Shown piece after piece: positions 9,880 through 19,463 of a stretch of 64,000 bases of DNA. The stretch comes from Clostridia bacterium (GTDB lineage: Bacteria > Bacillota > Clostridia > Christensenellales > CAG-138), in contig DAOPJM010000007.1 of the NCBI GenBank assembly GCA_035399665.1, positions 2,309-66,308 of the forward strand. Direction: 5' to 3'. The notes under the pieces were generated by a model. That model searched no databases, was not told the DNA's origin, and saw only the letters and a program-made list of their open reading frames with translations. Within the stretch, counting starts at the first letter, position 1. Each line of letters begins with the position of its first letter. Position numbers and translations under genes: made by a program.

Positions 9880-9894
9880 TACAGAGGAGTAAAA

Positions 9895-11073
9895 ATGGAC
9901 TACAGTAAGATAATCGGCAAGACCGTGGCGGCTATCCCGCCCTCAGGAATCAGGAAGTATTTTGATATTTTGGGTGAGGACTCCATCAGCTTCGGCGTTG
10001 GTGAGCCGGACTTTCCGACTCCGGATTCCATACGTCAGCCCGCCTTGGATAAGTTGCGGACAGGCCGCATTCCTTACACCAGCAACTCAGGCGATCCGCA
10101 CCTTCGCGCACTCGTCATCGACTACCTCAAGGAACGCTTTGACATTGACGTTGACAACATCGATCAGGTTCTGATTACCGTAGGCGCAAGTCAGGCTATC
10201 GACCTTGCGTTCCGTGCCATAGTGGAGCCCGGTGATGAAGTCATCATCCATGAGCCGAGCTACGTCGCATACGCTCCCGCCATTATGATGGCAGGCGGCA
10301 TACCCGTGCGTATTGCAACCACCGCTGAGGATAGGTTCAGAGTGACCGCAAAGCAAGTCAAAGAGGCTCTCTCACCCAAAACCAAAGCCATACTGCTTGC
10401 ATTCCCGAACAACCCGACGGGCGCGATTATGGAGCGTGAGGACCTTGAGGCCATTGCCGATCTCATAAGGGATCGCAACCTCATCGTTGTATCCGACGAA
10501 ATCTACGCGGAGCTTACCTTCAACGGCAAGCATCACGTATCAATTGCATCCTTGCCCGGCATGAAGGACAAGACCATCGTTTTGAACGGCTTCTCAAAGG
10601 CTTTCTCCATGACCGGCTGGCGCTTAGGTTATGCTGCAGGCCCGGAGCCCATCATCTCCGCAATGCGTAAAATTCACCAGCTGACCATGCTCTCCGCCCC
10701 CACCACCGCTCAGATCGCGGGCATAGTAGCCCTTGAGGACGGCAAAGCAACGGGCTGGCGCGATATGTTAGCCATGCATGATGAATACGCAAGGCGCAGA
10801 AACTACATCATCGACAGGTTCAACTCCATAGGCCTGACCTGTGCCGAACCAGAAGGCGCGTTCTATGTGTTCCCGAGCATCAAGAGCACAGGCATGACCT
10901 CCGAACAGTTCTGTGACGCGCTGCTTGCCGCAAAGAACGTGGCTTGCGTACCCGGCACGGCCTTCGGCAGTTACGGGGAAGGCCACATTCGCTGCTGTTA
11001 CGCCGCTTCCATGGACAACATCCGAAGGGGGCTTGACCGCATCGAAGAGTTTGTAAAGGAACTCAAAAAGTAA
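9895..11073 (+). CDS. Class I/II PLP aminotransferase (aspartate/aromatic type)
   Basis: 392 aa. NPTG motif and PLP-lysine context NGFSKAFSMTGWRLGY. Confidence 0.85.
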   Translation: MDYSKIIGKTVAAIPPSGIRKYFDILGEDSISFGVGEPDFPTPDSIRQPALDKLRTGRIPYTSNSGDPHLRALVIDYLKERFDIDVDNIDQVLITVGASQAIDLAFRAIVEPGDEVIIHEPSYVAYAPAIMMAGGIPVRIATTAEDRFRVTAKQVKEALSPKTKAILLAFPNNPTGAIMEREDLEAIADLIRDRNLIVVSDEIYAELTFNGKHHVSIASLPGMKDKTIVLNGFSKAFSMTGWRLGYAAGPEPIISAMRKIHQLTMLSAPTTAQIAGIVALEDGKATGWRDMLAMHDEYARRRNYIIDRFNSIGLTCAEPEGAFYVFPSIKSTGMTSEQFCDALLAAKNVACVPGTAFGSYGEGHIRCCYAASMDNIRRGLDRIEEFVKELKK

Positions 11074-11083
11074 ATTGATATCT

Positions 11084-11115
11084 GGCGCCGTTTGTAATAG
11101 AGCGGCGCTTTTTTT
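11084..11115 (+). terminator. Rho-independent terminator
   Basis: GCGCCG (11085-11090) pairs with CGGCGC (11103-11108), followed by TTTTTTT. Confidence 0.6.
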
Positions 11116-11130
11116 CGGAAAGGAAATATC

Positions 11131-13479
11131 ATGAACTCTCGAGTGCAAACAACGCTCGAATACGACAAAATTAAGGCGATGTGCATGACACACGCCGCAT
11201 CCGATGTGGGGCGCGAGGAAATATCCGCCCTTGCTCCCGTCTCCGCGATGGAGGAAGCGGAACGCTTACAGCAGGAAACTCAGGAAGCGGAAACCGTCTA
11301 TCGCCGCACGGGGCATTCACCCGTGGACAGCTTCACCGACATACGACCCATGCTTAGGCGTATACACGCATCCTATTCGCTGTGTGCGGGCGACCTCTTG
11401 ACCGTCGCCGCCTGCCTCAAGGCCTCGCGCAGAGCCAAGGAGGTCATTGAGGGTACGGAGGGCATGACCGTACTGCAATTCTTGGCGAATCAGCTCTCCA
11501 GTCATAGGCAGTTCGAGGAGGAGATTGCAAGATGCATCATCTCCGAGGACGAGCTTGCGGACTCCGCGTCGCCTGAGCTTGCGCGGCTTAGGCGGCAGAT
11601 ACGCCTTACCAACGAGCGCATACGCGACAAGCTGAACAGCATCATCAAGGGCGGCAGCTCAAAGTATCTTCAGGAGCCTATCATTACCGTAAGAAACGGC
11701 AGATACGCTATCCCCGTCAAGGCGGAGTATCGCAGTCAATTCCCGGGACTTATCCACGACTCAAGCGGCAGTGGTCAAACCCTGTTTGTCGAACCCACCG
11801 CCGTGGTGGAGCTTGGCAATGACTTTCGCAGGCTTCAGTCCCTTGAAAAGGCCGAGATTGAGCGTATCCTATCGGGACTTACCGCTATGCTTGCCCCCTT
11901 TGCGGGCGAGCTGTACAACGCTTTGGGCGTGTTGGGCAGGATTGACGCCATCTTCGCAAGAGCGATAATGGCGCGTGATATGCGCGCATACAGGCCTCTG
12001 CTTAATGACGACCACAGAATCAACCTCAAGAACGCAAGGCACCCCTTGATTGACCGTGAGAAGGTTGTACCCGTGTCCATTTGGATAGGCGACAGCTTCA
12101 ACACACTGATTATCACAGGCCCTAACACGGGCGGAAAAACCGTCACCCTAAAGACCGTGGGGCTTTTTGTGCTTATGGCGTTGTCGGGCATGTATATTCC
12201 CGCCGATGAAGGCTCGTCCGTGTCGGTCTTTAACGAGGTATACGCCGATATAGGCGACGAGCAGTCCATAGAGCAGTCACTCTCGACTTTCTCATCCCAT
12301 ATGACCAACCTTGTCGGCATACTTGACTGTGCCGATGAACATTCGCTGGTGCTTTTGGACGAGCTTGGAGCGGGTACCGACCCCGTTGAGGGCGCGGCTT
12401 TGGCGCAGGCGATTTTGGAGTATATCTCCTCCTTAGGCGCGTTGACCATGGCAACGACGCATTACAGTGAAATCAAGGCTTTCGCGCTTACCCACAAGGG
12501 TATGCAGAACGCCTCCATGGAATTCGACGTTGACAGGCTCTGCCCCACCTACCGCCTATACATAGGCATACCCGGCAAGTCCAACGCATTCGAAATATCC
12601 GCGAGATTAGGTCTTAACCCCGATGTTATCGAGAGGGCGAAGCACTTTGTAAAGAAAGAGGATGTGGCGTTTGAGGACGTTCTGAAGGAAGCCTCCGAGC
12701 AGCGCAGGCTTGCGGTCCTGGCTGCGGAGCAAGCCGAGGAGGAGCGCTATGCCTCTGAGCAGATACGCATTACCTTAGATGGCGAACGCAGGAAGCTGCG
12801 CGACGAACGTCAGCAGATACGCCAAAAAGCAAAGGACGAGGCCCGCGATGTTGTTAAGGCGGCCAAGCGCGAGATGGAGCAGCTCATAACGGAGCTTCGC
12901 GAGGTCAAGAACATTGATACCCGCGAGCTGGACAGAGCCATTATGAAGTCACGCGACAGGATGCGTGAGACCGAGTCCCTTTTGTGCGACGGCTTGGAGC
13001 CTAAGGAGGACAACGGGACTGCGCCAAACACAGTTCGACCCGGCGAAACTGTGCGTATCCTAAGTATCGGCGGCAACGGCACGGTGCTGAAAGCTCCCGA
13101 CCAAAAGGGCATGGTGCAGGTTCAGGCGGGTATTATGAAGATCAGCGTTCCGCTGTCCGACCTTCGCGCACCCGATCGTAAGGAGGAGCTGAAGCAGGCT
13201 CGCGGTGAAAGGCCGATACTACAGGATATCAAGGAGGTCAGGCTTGAGCTGGATATTCGCGGACAGACCATTGCGGACGCTATGCTTGAAATTGACCGTT
13301 ACATCGACGACTGCGGCCTTTCGGGACGCAAGGAGTTCAACATCATACATGGCAAGGGCACGGGTGCGCTTCGTGCCGGCGTTCAGGCCTACCTGAAAAA
13401 CCATCCCAAGGTCAAGAGCTTCAGGATGGGCGCGTATGGCGAAGGCGACGCGGGCGTTACAGTGGTGACACTAAAATAG
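11131..13479 (+). CDS. mutS2: Endonuclease MutS2 (MutS domain V ATPase plus C-terminal Smr)
   Basis: 782 aa. Walker A GPNTGGKTV, DELGAGTDP, and a C-terminal Smr region LDIRGQT...IHGKGTGALR. Confidence 0.9.
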   Translation: MNSRVQTTLEYDKIKAMCMTHAASDVGREEISALAPVSAMEEAERLQQETQEAETVYRRTGHSPVDSFTDIRPMLRRIHASYSLCAGDLLTVAACLKASRRAKEVIEGTEGMTVLQFLANQLSSHRQFEEEIARCIISEDELADSASPELARLRRQIRLTNERIRDKLNSIIKGGSSKYLQEPIITVRNGRYAIPVKAEYRSQFPGLIHDSSGSGQTLFVEPTAVVELGNDFRRLQSLEKAEIERILSGLTAMLAPFAGELYNALGVLGRIDAIFARAIMARDMRAYRPLLNDDHRINLKNARHPLIDREKVVPVSIWIGDSFNTLIITGPNTGGKTVTLKTVGLFVLMALSGMYIPADEGSSVSVFNEVYADIGDEQSIEQSLSTFSSHMTNLVGILDCADEHSLVLLDELGAGTDPVEGAALAQAILEYISSLGALTMATTHYSEIKAFALTHKGMQNASMEFDVDRLCPTYRLYIGIPGKSNAFEISARLGLNPDVIERAKHFVKKEDVAFEDVLKEASEQRRLAVLAAEQAEEERYASEQIRITLDGERRKLRDERQQIRQKAKDEARDVVKAAKREMEQLITELREVKNIDTRELDRAIMKSRDRMRETESLLCDGLEPKEDNGTAPNTVRPGETVRILSIGGNGTVLKAPDQKGMVQVQAGIMKISVPLSDLRAPDRKEELKQARGERPILQDIKEVRLELDIRGQTIADAMLEIDRYIDDCGLSGRKEFNIIHGKGTGALRAGVQAYLKNHPKVKSFRMGAYGEGDAGVTVVTLK

Positions 13480-13492
13480 CGAGGTTTGTGTT

Positions 13493-14944
13493 ATGGGTAC
13501 CGTTGGAATTACATTGCTTTCTATCTTGGGGGTTCTCGTCATACTGCTTGGCGCGGCCGCGATTCATGCCTTGACAATCAAAGCAAAGCGCGTCCCCGAC
13601 AAATCCGCAATCTCCTTTACCGAGGAGGAGAAGCGCAAATACGCTGAAACGCTTTCGGCTCTTATTCGAGTACCGAGTATTTCACATGAGCCTAATCAAA
13701 GCCTTGAGGTATTCGACACACTCCACAAGGTTATGGCGGAGCGTTTTCCGCTCGTACATGAGAAGCTTGAGCTGCATGAATTCGAGGGCAGCAGACTCTA
13801 CATTTGGAGAGGCAAGAACCCCGACTTACAGCCTATAGTGCTTATGGGGCATCAGGATGTGGTACCCGCCGAGGAGCTGAACTGGCAGCATCCTCCGTTC
13901 TCGGGCGTCATTTTGGGCGACCTCATCAACGGGCGCGGCGCAATGGACTGCAAGTGTACGCTAACGGCTGAGCTGTGTGCCGTCGAGGAGCTGCTGTCCG
14001 ATGGCTTTGTTCCCGAAAGAGATGTGTACATCTCCACCTCCAACGATGAGGAGGCTTCCGGTAACGGTACAAAGATGATTGTCGAGTACCTGAAAAGCAA
14101 GGGCATACGAACAGCGTCTGCTTTGGATGAGGGCGGGGCGATACTCAAAGGAGTGCTTCCAGGCATGAATAGCGAAAGCGCTATGATAGGCGTTGTCGAG
14201 AAGGGCTTCATGGACGTCAAGCTTACCGCCAAGGGTCACGGCGGACATTCCTCAACTCCGCCCAAGAACAACCCGATGGCAAGGCTGTGCGCCTTTGTAA
14301 ACTACATGGAAAAGCACAAGCCCTTCCGTCTTTACATGGCAAAGCCCGTTCGAGAGATGTTCACCGACCTTGCGCCTTATCTGAGCTTCCCTATGCGCTT
14401 CCTCTTCGGCAATCTTTGGCTGTTTAGACCGCTTGCGACTCAGCTAATGCCCATAGTCTCTCCCTATGGACGCGCCCTGCTCTCAACGACCTTTGTTTGC
14501 ACCATGTGCGGCGGCTCGTCCGCCTCGAACGTAATCCCTGACGCTGCATATGTGGTATGCAACCTAAGACCCGCGCTCCATCAGGCGTGCGATGAATCTT
14601 TAGAGATTATCAAGCGCATCGCAAAGCGCTTTGACCTTGAGGTTGAGGTGCTGCTGTCTCACTCTCCCTCCCCCGTTACCGACACGAACGGCGAAGCTTT
14701 CGCCTATCTTGCGAGCTGCGTCAGGGCATGTTTCCCAAACGTTGGCACAGCGCCCTACTATATGTGCGGGGGAACCGATTGCGGAAGATATGCTGACGTC
14801 ACAGACAGCTGTCTAAGGTTTGCCGCCATACGCATGACACCTGAGCAGGTCGCCGCCATGCACAGCGCGAACGAGAGCATAGGCGTGACTGCGCTTGCCG
14901 AGAGCGTGAAGTTCTATAAGTACTACATCATAAACCACCCGTAA
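13493..14944 (+). CDS. M20-family metallopeptidase (carboxypeptidase-like) with an N-terminal TM anchor
   Basis: 483 aa. LMGHQDVVP, NDEEASG and the GHGGHSS-containing dimerisation-domain region are typical of M20/M25/M40. Confidence 0.75.
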   Translation: MGTVGITLLSILGVLVILLGAAAIHALTIKAKRVPDKSAISFTEEEKRKYAETLSALIRVPSISHEPNQSLEVFDTLHKVMAERFPLVHEKLELHEFEGSRLYIWRGKNPDLQPIVLMGHQDVVPAEELNWQHPPFSGVILGDLINGRGAMDCKCTLTAELCAVEELLSDGFVPERDVYISTSNDEEASGNGTKMIVEYLKSKGIRTASALDEGGAILKGVLPGMNSESAMIGVVEKGFMDVKLTAKGHGGHSSTPPKNNPMARLCAFVNYMEKHKPFRLYMAKPVREMFTDLAPYLSFPMRFLFGNLWLFRPLATQLMPIVSPYGRALLSTTFVCTMCGGSSASNVIPDAAYVVCNLRPALHQACDESLEIIKRIAKRFDLEVEVLLSHSPSPVTDTNGEAFAYLASCVRACFPNVGTAPYYMCGGTDCGRYADVTDSCLRFAAIRMTPEQVAAMHSANESIGVTALAESVKFYKYYIINHP

Positions 14945-14960
14945 GGCTACAACGAATTAA

Positions 14961-14985
14961 GGGGGGCATGACGCCTCCTTTTTTT
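14961..14985 (+). terminator. Rho-independent terminator
   Basis: GGGGGC / GCCTCC stem (one G-U pair) followed by TTTTTTT (14979-14985). Confidence 0.55.
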
Positions 14986-14997
14986 AGTTTTTGGTAA

Positions 14998-15026
14998 TTT
15001 ACAACTAAAGCGAAATGGTGTACAAT
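14998..15026 (+). promoter_or_regulatory. Candidate promoter TTTACA - 17 nt - TACAAT directly abutting the mgtE start
   Basis: -35 at 14998-15003, -10 at 15021-15026. The predicted +1 at about 15033 coincides with an in-frame ATG. Confidence 0.45.
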
Positions 15027-16394
15027 AACTATATGCTTGATGAACCATCCGCTGAAATTCTTGAGTTGCTTGAGGAAAAAAAGTATGCCGACGTAAAGCT
15101 TCGCTTCTCGGAGCTTTACCCTGTTGACATAGCTGATATCTTCGACGACATTGAGGATGCGGACGTAATGCTGCGCCTGTTCAGGCTCATTCCCAAGGAC
15201 ATCGCCGCCGACGCCTTTGCTTACATGGACAACGATACGCAGGAGCGTATCATTGACGGTATCAACGATGTTGAGCTTTCACAGATTATCAACGATATGT
15301 TTCTTGACGACTGCGTTGACCTCGTTGAGGAGCTTCCCGCAAACGTCATTAAGCGCGTTATGCGCACCGCCTCATCCAACAACCGCAGAGCCATTAACCA
15401 GTTTTTAAGCTATCCGGAAAACAGCGCGGGCAGCATAATGACGAACGAATATGTCTATCTGCACGCTGACATGGTGGCGGTGGAGGCGTTGTCGGTCATT
15501 CGCAAGACCGCTATCGACAAGGAAACAATAGACTATTGCTATGTCACAACCCGCGACAACCGTTTGGAAGGCGTAGTGTCGCTGCGTACCCTTGTACTGT
15601 CTGAGCCTGAAACCCCCATTGCTGAGTTGATGAACGCCAACCTTATTACCGTCAACACTACGGCCGATCAGGAGGACATAGCCCTGCTTTTCTCCAAATA
15701 TGATATGCTCGCCCTGCCCGTCGTCGACCAAGAGAACAGGCTTGTCGGTATCATAACGATAGATGACGCGGTTGACGTCATTCAGGACGAGAACACCGAG
15801 GACTTTGAACGCATGGCGGGCGTCGCGCCCTCCGATGACGAGTACCTCAAAACTCCCGTGTGGAAGCTTGCCAGAAACCGTATCGTATGGCTGATGATAC
15901 TGATGATTTCCGCCATGTGTACGGAGGATCTTATCAACAGCTTCCAAAGCGCGTTTGCCAACAATCTGATACTTGTGGCGTTCATACCCATGCTCACCGG
16001 CACAGGCGGCAACTCGGGCAGCCAAGCGTCAACCATGATCATTCGCGGCATGGCGTTGGATGAGATTCATTGGAAGGACTTCTTTGTTGTTTGGTGGAAG
16101 GAGATTCGTGTAGCGTTTCTCTGCGGCGTATCGCTTGCCGCCGTGAACTTTGCTCGAATAGTACTGCTGTATCCCTCAGAGCCTAAACGCATCGTTGTTG
16201 CTTTAGTCGTTAGCCTTGCGCTCATTTTGACTGTTATACTTGCTAAATCCATGGGCTGCATACTGCCCATGATTGCCAAGAAGATAAAGCTCGATCCCGC
16301 GATAATGGCGGCTCCTTTGATAACTACCATTACCGACGCCTGCTCCATCCTTATCTATTTTACTATAGCGCGCGTCCTGCTCGGAATCGCATAA
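15015..16394 (+). CDS. mgtE: Magnesium transporter MgtE (alternative start ATG 15033)
   Basis: 459 aa. N-domain, CBS pair and the TM-domain motif PMLTGTGGNSGSQ. Confidence 0.9.
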   Translation: MVYNNYMLDEPSAEILELLEEKKYADVKLRFSELYPVDIADIFDDIEDADVMLRLFRLIPKDIAADAFAYMDNDTQERIIDGINDVELSQIINDMFLDDCVDLVEELPANVIKRVMRTASSNNRRAINQFLSYPENSAGSIMTNEYVYLHADMVAVEALSVIRKTAIDKETIDYCYVTTRDNRLEGVVSLRTLVLSEPETPIAELMNANLITVNTTADQEDIALLFSKYDMLALPVVDQENRLVGIITIDDAVDVIQDENTEDFERMAGVAPSDDEYLKTPVWKLARNRIVWLMILMISAMCTEDLINSFQSAFANNLILVAFIPMLTGTGGNSGSQASTMIIRGMALDEIHWKDFFVVWWKEIRVAFLCGVSLAAVNFARIVLLYPSEPKRIVVALVVSLALILTVILAKSMGCILPMIAKKIKLDPAIMAAPLITTITDACSILIYFTIARVLLGIA

Positions 16395-16459
16395 TGTAGA
16401 TTTTCTGCATTAAAACTCATTTTGTGAAGTTTGGCTTCCATATTATTTATTAATACTTC

Positions 16460-16489
16460 TTGACAATAGTGCCTCAATAATTGTACAAT
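16460..16489 (+). promoter_or_regulatory. Candidate promoter TTGACA - 18 nt - TACAAT
   Basis: TTGACA at 16460-16465, TACAAT at 16484-16489. This leaves only about 20 nt of leader before the TTG start at 16510. Confidence 0.5.
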
Positions 16490-16509
16490 ACAGATGGGGG
16501 TATGCATTA

Positions 16510-17382
16510 TTGAAAAGCAATGTCGACAGAACTGTAAAGTTGGGACTTTTGGGAGCATTGGCCATCGCGCTGACGCTATTGGTTCGTATACCGGCTCCGC
16601 CGCCCGTAGCCTTTTTGGAATATGACATGGGAGATGTCCCTATGCTCTTTGCCACCTATGCCTACGGACCATTATGGGGAGCGCTGTTGGCTGTTATTGT
16701 TGCGGTCATTCAGGGTGTTACGGTAAGCGCGTCGAGCGGAGCGATTGGGATACTGATGCACATCCTTTCCTCCTGCGCGGGTATTATCCCCGCCGGTATC
16801 TATTATCGCTCGCACAAAACCCGCAAGGGTGCGTACATATCCTTTATTTTCTATATCCTCAGCACCATGCTTGTCATGGTTGCCTGCAACTACTTCCTCT
16901 CCCCGTTGTACTTCATAGGGCCTGAGCTTAGCTACAAGGCGGCACAGGGTATAGTGATGAGCTTGATATGGTACATAATCGCATTCAATCTTGTCAAACC
17001 CGTCATCAATGTTATTATAACCGGTTTTCTCTATAAGCCCGTATCAATAACCCTGTTGAAGCCGAAAGACGCCTCCATTACTGATAGTACTCCTAACAGG
17101 TTCAATGTCGCAAGCCTTGTAACCTCCGCGTGTGTCCTGGCAACCGGGTTGTTTTTCGACTTTTCGCTCGTTGAGTCCTTTCCTGAATTAAAGGACTTCC
17201 GTGTTTGGGTGATGATTGCCCTGCTTGCGATTGAGCTGTTCGCGGTGTTGCTTTCCCTGCAAACCCTGTTTGGCAAGGATAAGAACCGTACAAGGCGGGA
17301 CTACGCGATAATCGCGCTGATTTTTGCCATGGTCGTATCTATGGTGGTGATAGCGACATTCTTCATCGTCTTCTTATCCTAA
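16510..17382 (+). CDS. ECF-transporter S (substrate-capture) component with an extra C-terminal multi-TM extension
   Basis: 290 aa. The first ~190 aa have the 6-TM S-component layout (..LVRIPAPPPVAFLEYDMGDVP..). The last ~100 aa add about 3 further hydrophobic helices. Substrate unknown. Confidence 0.55.
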   Translation: MKSNVDRTVKLGLLGALAIALTLLVRIPAPPPVAFLEYDMGDVPMLFATYAYGPLWGALLAVIVAVIQGVTVSASSGAIGILMHILSSCAGIIPAGIYYRSHKTRKGAYISFIFYILSTMLVMVACNYFLSPLYFIGPELSYKAAQGIVMSLIWYIIAFNLVKPVINVIITGFLYKPVSITLLKPKDASITDSTPNRFNVASLVTSACVLATGLFFDFSLVESFPELKDFRVWVMIALLAIELFAVLLSLQTLFGKDKNRTRRDYAIIALIFAMVVSMVVIATFFIVFLS

Positions 17383-17402
17383 AGAGCTGACCGACATCTT
17401 TG

Positions 17403-17437
17403 CCGACGCCGCTATAAGCAGCGTCGGTTTCTTATTT
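17403..17437 (+). terminator. Rho-independent terminator
   Basis: CCGACGC (17403-17409) pairs with GCGTCGG (17421-17427), then TTTCTTATTTCTT. Confidence 0.65.
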
Positions 17438-17503
17438 CTTATAGTTCAATATGGGCGTTCGTTATATCCATACACGGATTTACAGAATCTATAACCATCT
17501 TCA

Positions 17504-17531
17504 TTGACAACAGCCCTATTTTGGCTATAAT
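17504..17531 (+). promoter_or_regulatory. Promoter TTGACA - 16 nt - TATAAT
   Basis: Consensus hexamers at 17504-17509 and 17526-17531, upstream of pfkA. Confidence 0.6.
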
Positions 17532-17564
17532 ATAATAAAGGAAATTTGGTCATATGGAGGGTTT

Positions 17565-18536
17565 ATGTCTGAGATAAGAAGAGTTGGAGTGCTGACCAGC
17601 GGCGGTGACGCGCCCGGTATGAACGCTGCAATTCGCGCCGTTGTGCGTGATTGCGTAAGAAACGGTGTGACGCCCGTCGGCGTTCGCCGCGGCTATAACG
17701 GGCTTATCCATGCCGACCTCGCCGAGATGGAGGCCAAGTCGGTGAACGGCATAACCTCAAAGGGCGGCACCATCCTGTATACGGCGCGCTGTGAGGACTT
17801 TTTGCAGCATGAGGGCGTGGAGCTGGGTGTTCGAACCTGCAAGTACATGGGGCTTGACGCGCTTATCTGCATAGGCGGAGACGGCACCTTTATGGGTGCT
17901 TACGAGCTGTCCAAAGCGGGCATTACAGTAGTCGGAATCCCCGGTACTATTGACAATGATATCGGTTGCTGTCATTACACCATAGGCTTTGATACCGCGG
18001 CCAATACCGCCATCAACGCCATTGACAAGCTCTCCGACACCATGCAGTCGCATGAGCGCGTCTCGGTTGTGGAGATTATGGGCAGACGAGCGGGACATTT
18101 GGCCGTATATGTGGGACTTGCGGTCGGAGCTACGAGTATACTCATTCCTGAAATACAGTACGACTTTAATAAGGACATAATTGAGAAAATTCGCGAGGGC
18201 AGATACACGGGCAAGCATCACTTCCTCATCATTGTAGCAGAGGGCATTGGAAAGTGTGATGAGCTTGCGGCACGAGTTCATGACGAAACCGGACTTGAAG
18301 CCAGAGTGTCCATTTTGGGTTACATACAACGCGGCGGCAGTCCGTCCGTGCGCGACAGGGTTATGGCGTCCCGCATGGGCTACATGGCGGTCGAAGAAAT
18401 CGTTGCGGGAAGGGGCAACAGTATCATCTGCTATCGTGATTCGCGTTTGATTGCGACGCCCATCGCGGAAGCCATGGCTATGACAAAGAAACTCGATCCC
18501 TATATGTATCAGGTTGCTCAGAATATCGCGCTGTAA
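17565..18536 (+). CDS. pfkA: ATP-dependent 6-phosphofructokinase
   Basis: 323 aa. GVLTSGGDAPGMNAAIR, IGGDGT, PGTIDND. Confidence 0.92.
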   Translation: MSEIRRVGVLTSGGDAPGMNAAIRAVVRDCVRNGVTPVGVRRGYNGLIHADLAEMEAKSVNGITSKGGTILYTARCEDFLQHEGVELGVRTCKYMGLDALICIGGDGTFMGAYELSKAGITVVGIPGTIDNDIGCCHYTIGFDTAANTAINAIDKLSDTMQSHERVSVVEIMGRRAGHLAVYVGLAVGATSILIPEIQYDFNKDIIEKIREGRYTGKHHFLIIVAEGIGKCDELAARVHDETGLEARVSILGYIQRGGSPSVRDRVMASRMGYMAVEEIVAGRGNSIICYRDSRLIATPIAEAMAMTKKLDPYMYQVAQNIAL

Positions 18537-18560
18537 TAATTTTCAGAAGCTTACGATTTT

Positions 18561-18600
18561 ATAAGCCTTGGGCGTTGGCAGCGCCTGAGGCTTATTTTGT
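18561..18600 (+). terminator. Rho-independent terminator
   Basis: Long imperfect hairpin ATAAGCCTTGGGCG / CGCCTGAGGCTTAT followed by TTTGTT. Confidence 0.6.
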
Positions 18601-18660
18601 TGCATATCACTTTGACATTCAGTTTTCATTTTCAGTTTTATTGCATACCTCACGTTCAAA

Positions 18661-18690
18661 TTGACAACGGTTACCGGCTTGCTGTATACT
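18661..18690 (+). promoter_or_regulatory. Candidate promoter TTGACA - 18 nt - TATACT
   Basis: Hexamers at 18661-18666 and 18685-18690. This argues against the ORF-track start at 18692. Confidence 0.45.
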
Positions 18691-18721
18691 AATGTCAATG
18701 AGGGTGAAAGAGGAGAGTTCC

Positions 18722-19384
18722 ATGGACTTTGCCGAGTATTTTCCGATATGGGACAAGCTGAGCGATTCCGAACAGGCCTTGTTGTCAAGTCAAGCTACGC
18801 TTCGAAAAGCTCCGCAGGGCGCTTTGCTTCATAACGGAGCTGCGGACTGTGTTGGCCTGTTTTTAATTCGCTCCGGGCAGCTTAGGGCTTTCATCGTTTC
18901 CGAGAGTGAAGGCAAGGAAGTCACGATTTATCGCCTGTTTGAGCGCGATATGTGTCTGTTCTCCGCCTCATGCATCATGAACAGTATACAGTTTGATATT
19001 TCAATTGAGGCAGAGAGGGACTGTGAATTCTGGGTGATACCTTCCAACATATATAAGGGTCTTATGGAGACATCCGCAGCTGTTGCCAATTACACCAACA
19101 AGCTCATGGCAACGCGGTTTTCGGAGGTTATGTGGCTGGTTGAGCAAATTATGTGGAAAAGCTTTGACAAACGCCTTGCCGCTTTCCTGTTGGAGGAAAG
19201 CGCGATTGAAGAAAGCGTCTCCGTCAAAATGACGCATGAACGCATCGCGGCGCACCTTGGCACCGCAAGAGAAGTGGTCACCCGTATGCTGCGCTACTTC
19301 AGTTCGGAAGGCATGGTTCGGCTTACACGCGGGTGTATAGAGATTACCGATGAAAAGCGTCTTGCCAAGTTATCGAAACAATGA
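18722..19384 (+). CDS. Crp/Fnr-family transcriptional regulator
   Basis: cNMP-binding-like beta-roll followed by a C-terminal HTH (HERIAAHLGTAREVVTRMLRYF). The R-E-x-x-x-R spacing in the recognition helix is as in CRP. Start moved to ATG 18722 (AAAGAGGAGAG RBS). Confidence 0.8.
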   Translation: MDFAEYFPIWDKLSDSEQALLSSQATLRKAPQGALLHNGAADCVGLFLIRSGQLRAFIVSESEGKEVTIYRLFERDMCLFSASCIMNSIQFDISIEAERDCEFWVIPSNIYKGLMETSAAVANYTNKLMATRFSEVMWLVEQIMWKSFDKRLAAFLLEESAIEESVSVKMTHERIAAHLGTAREVVTRMLRYFSSEGMVRLTRGCIEITDEKRLAKLSKQ

Positions 19385-19411
19385 ATTAATTAATAATCCA
19401 TCTATATATTT

Positions 19412-19433
19412 AGGGACGCGTCATCGCGTCCCT
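19412..19433. terminator. Perfect 9-bp hairpin between convergent genes (possible bidirectional terminator, no clear U-tract)
   Basis: AGGGACGCG tcat CGCGTCCCT, flanked by AT-rich sequence. Confidence 0.4.
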
Positions 19434-19463
19434 AATGCGTATATATATTCCGTATATACAACA

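Noticed and set aside
14945-15014. Looked for an M-box riboswitch upstream of mgtE.
   Set aside because: The intergenic space is only about 70 nt and is occupied by a terminator and a promoter, whereas an M-box needs about 160 nt.
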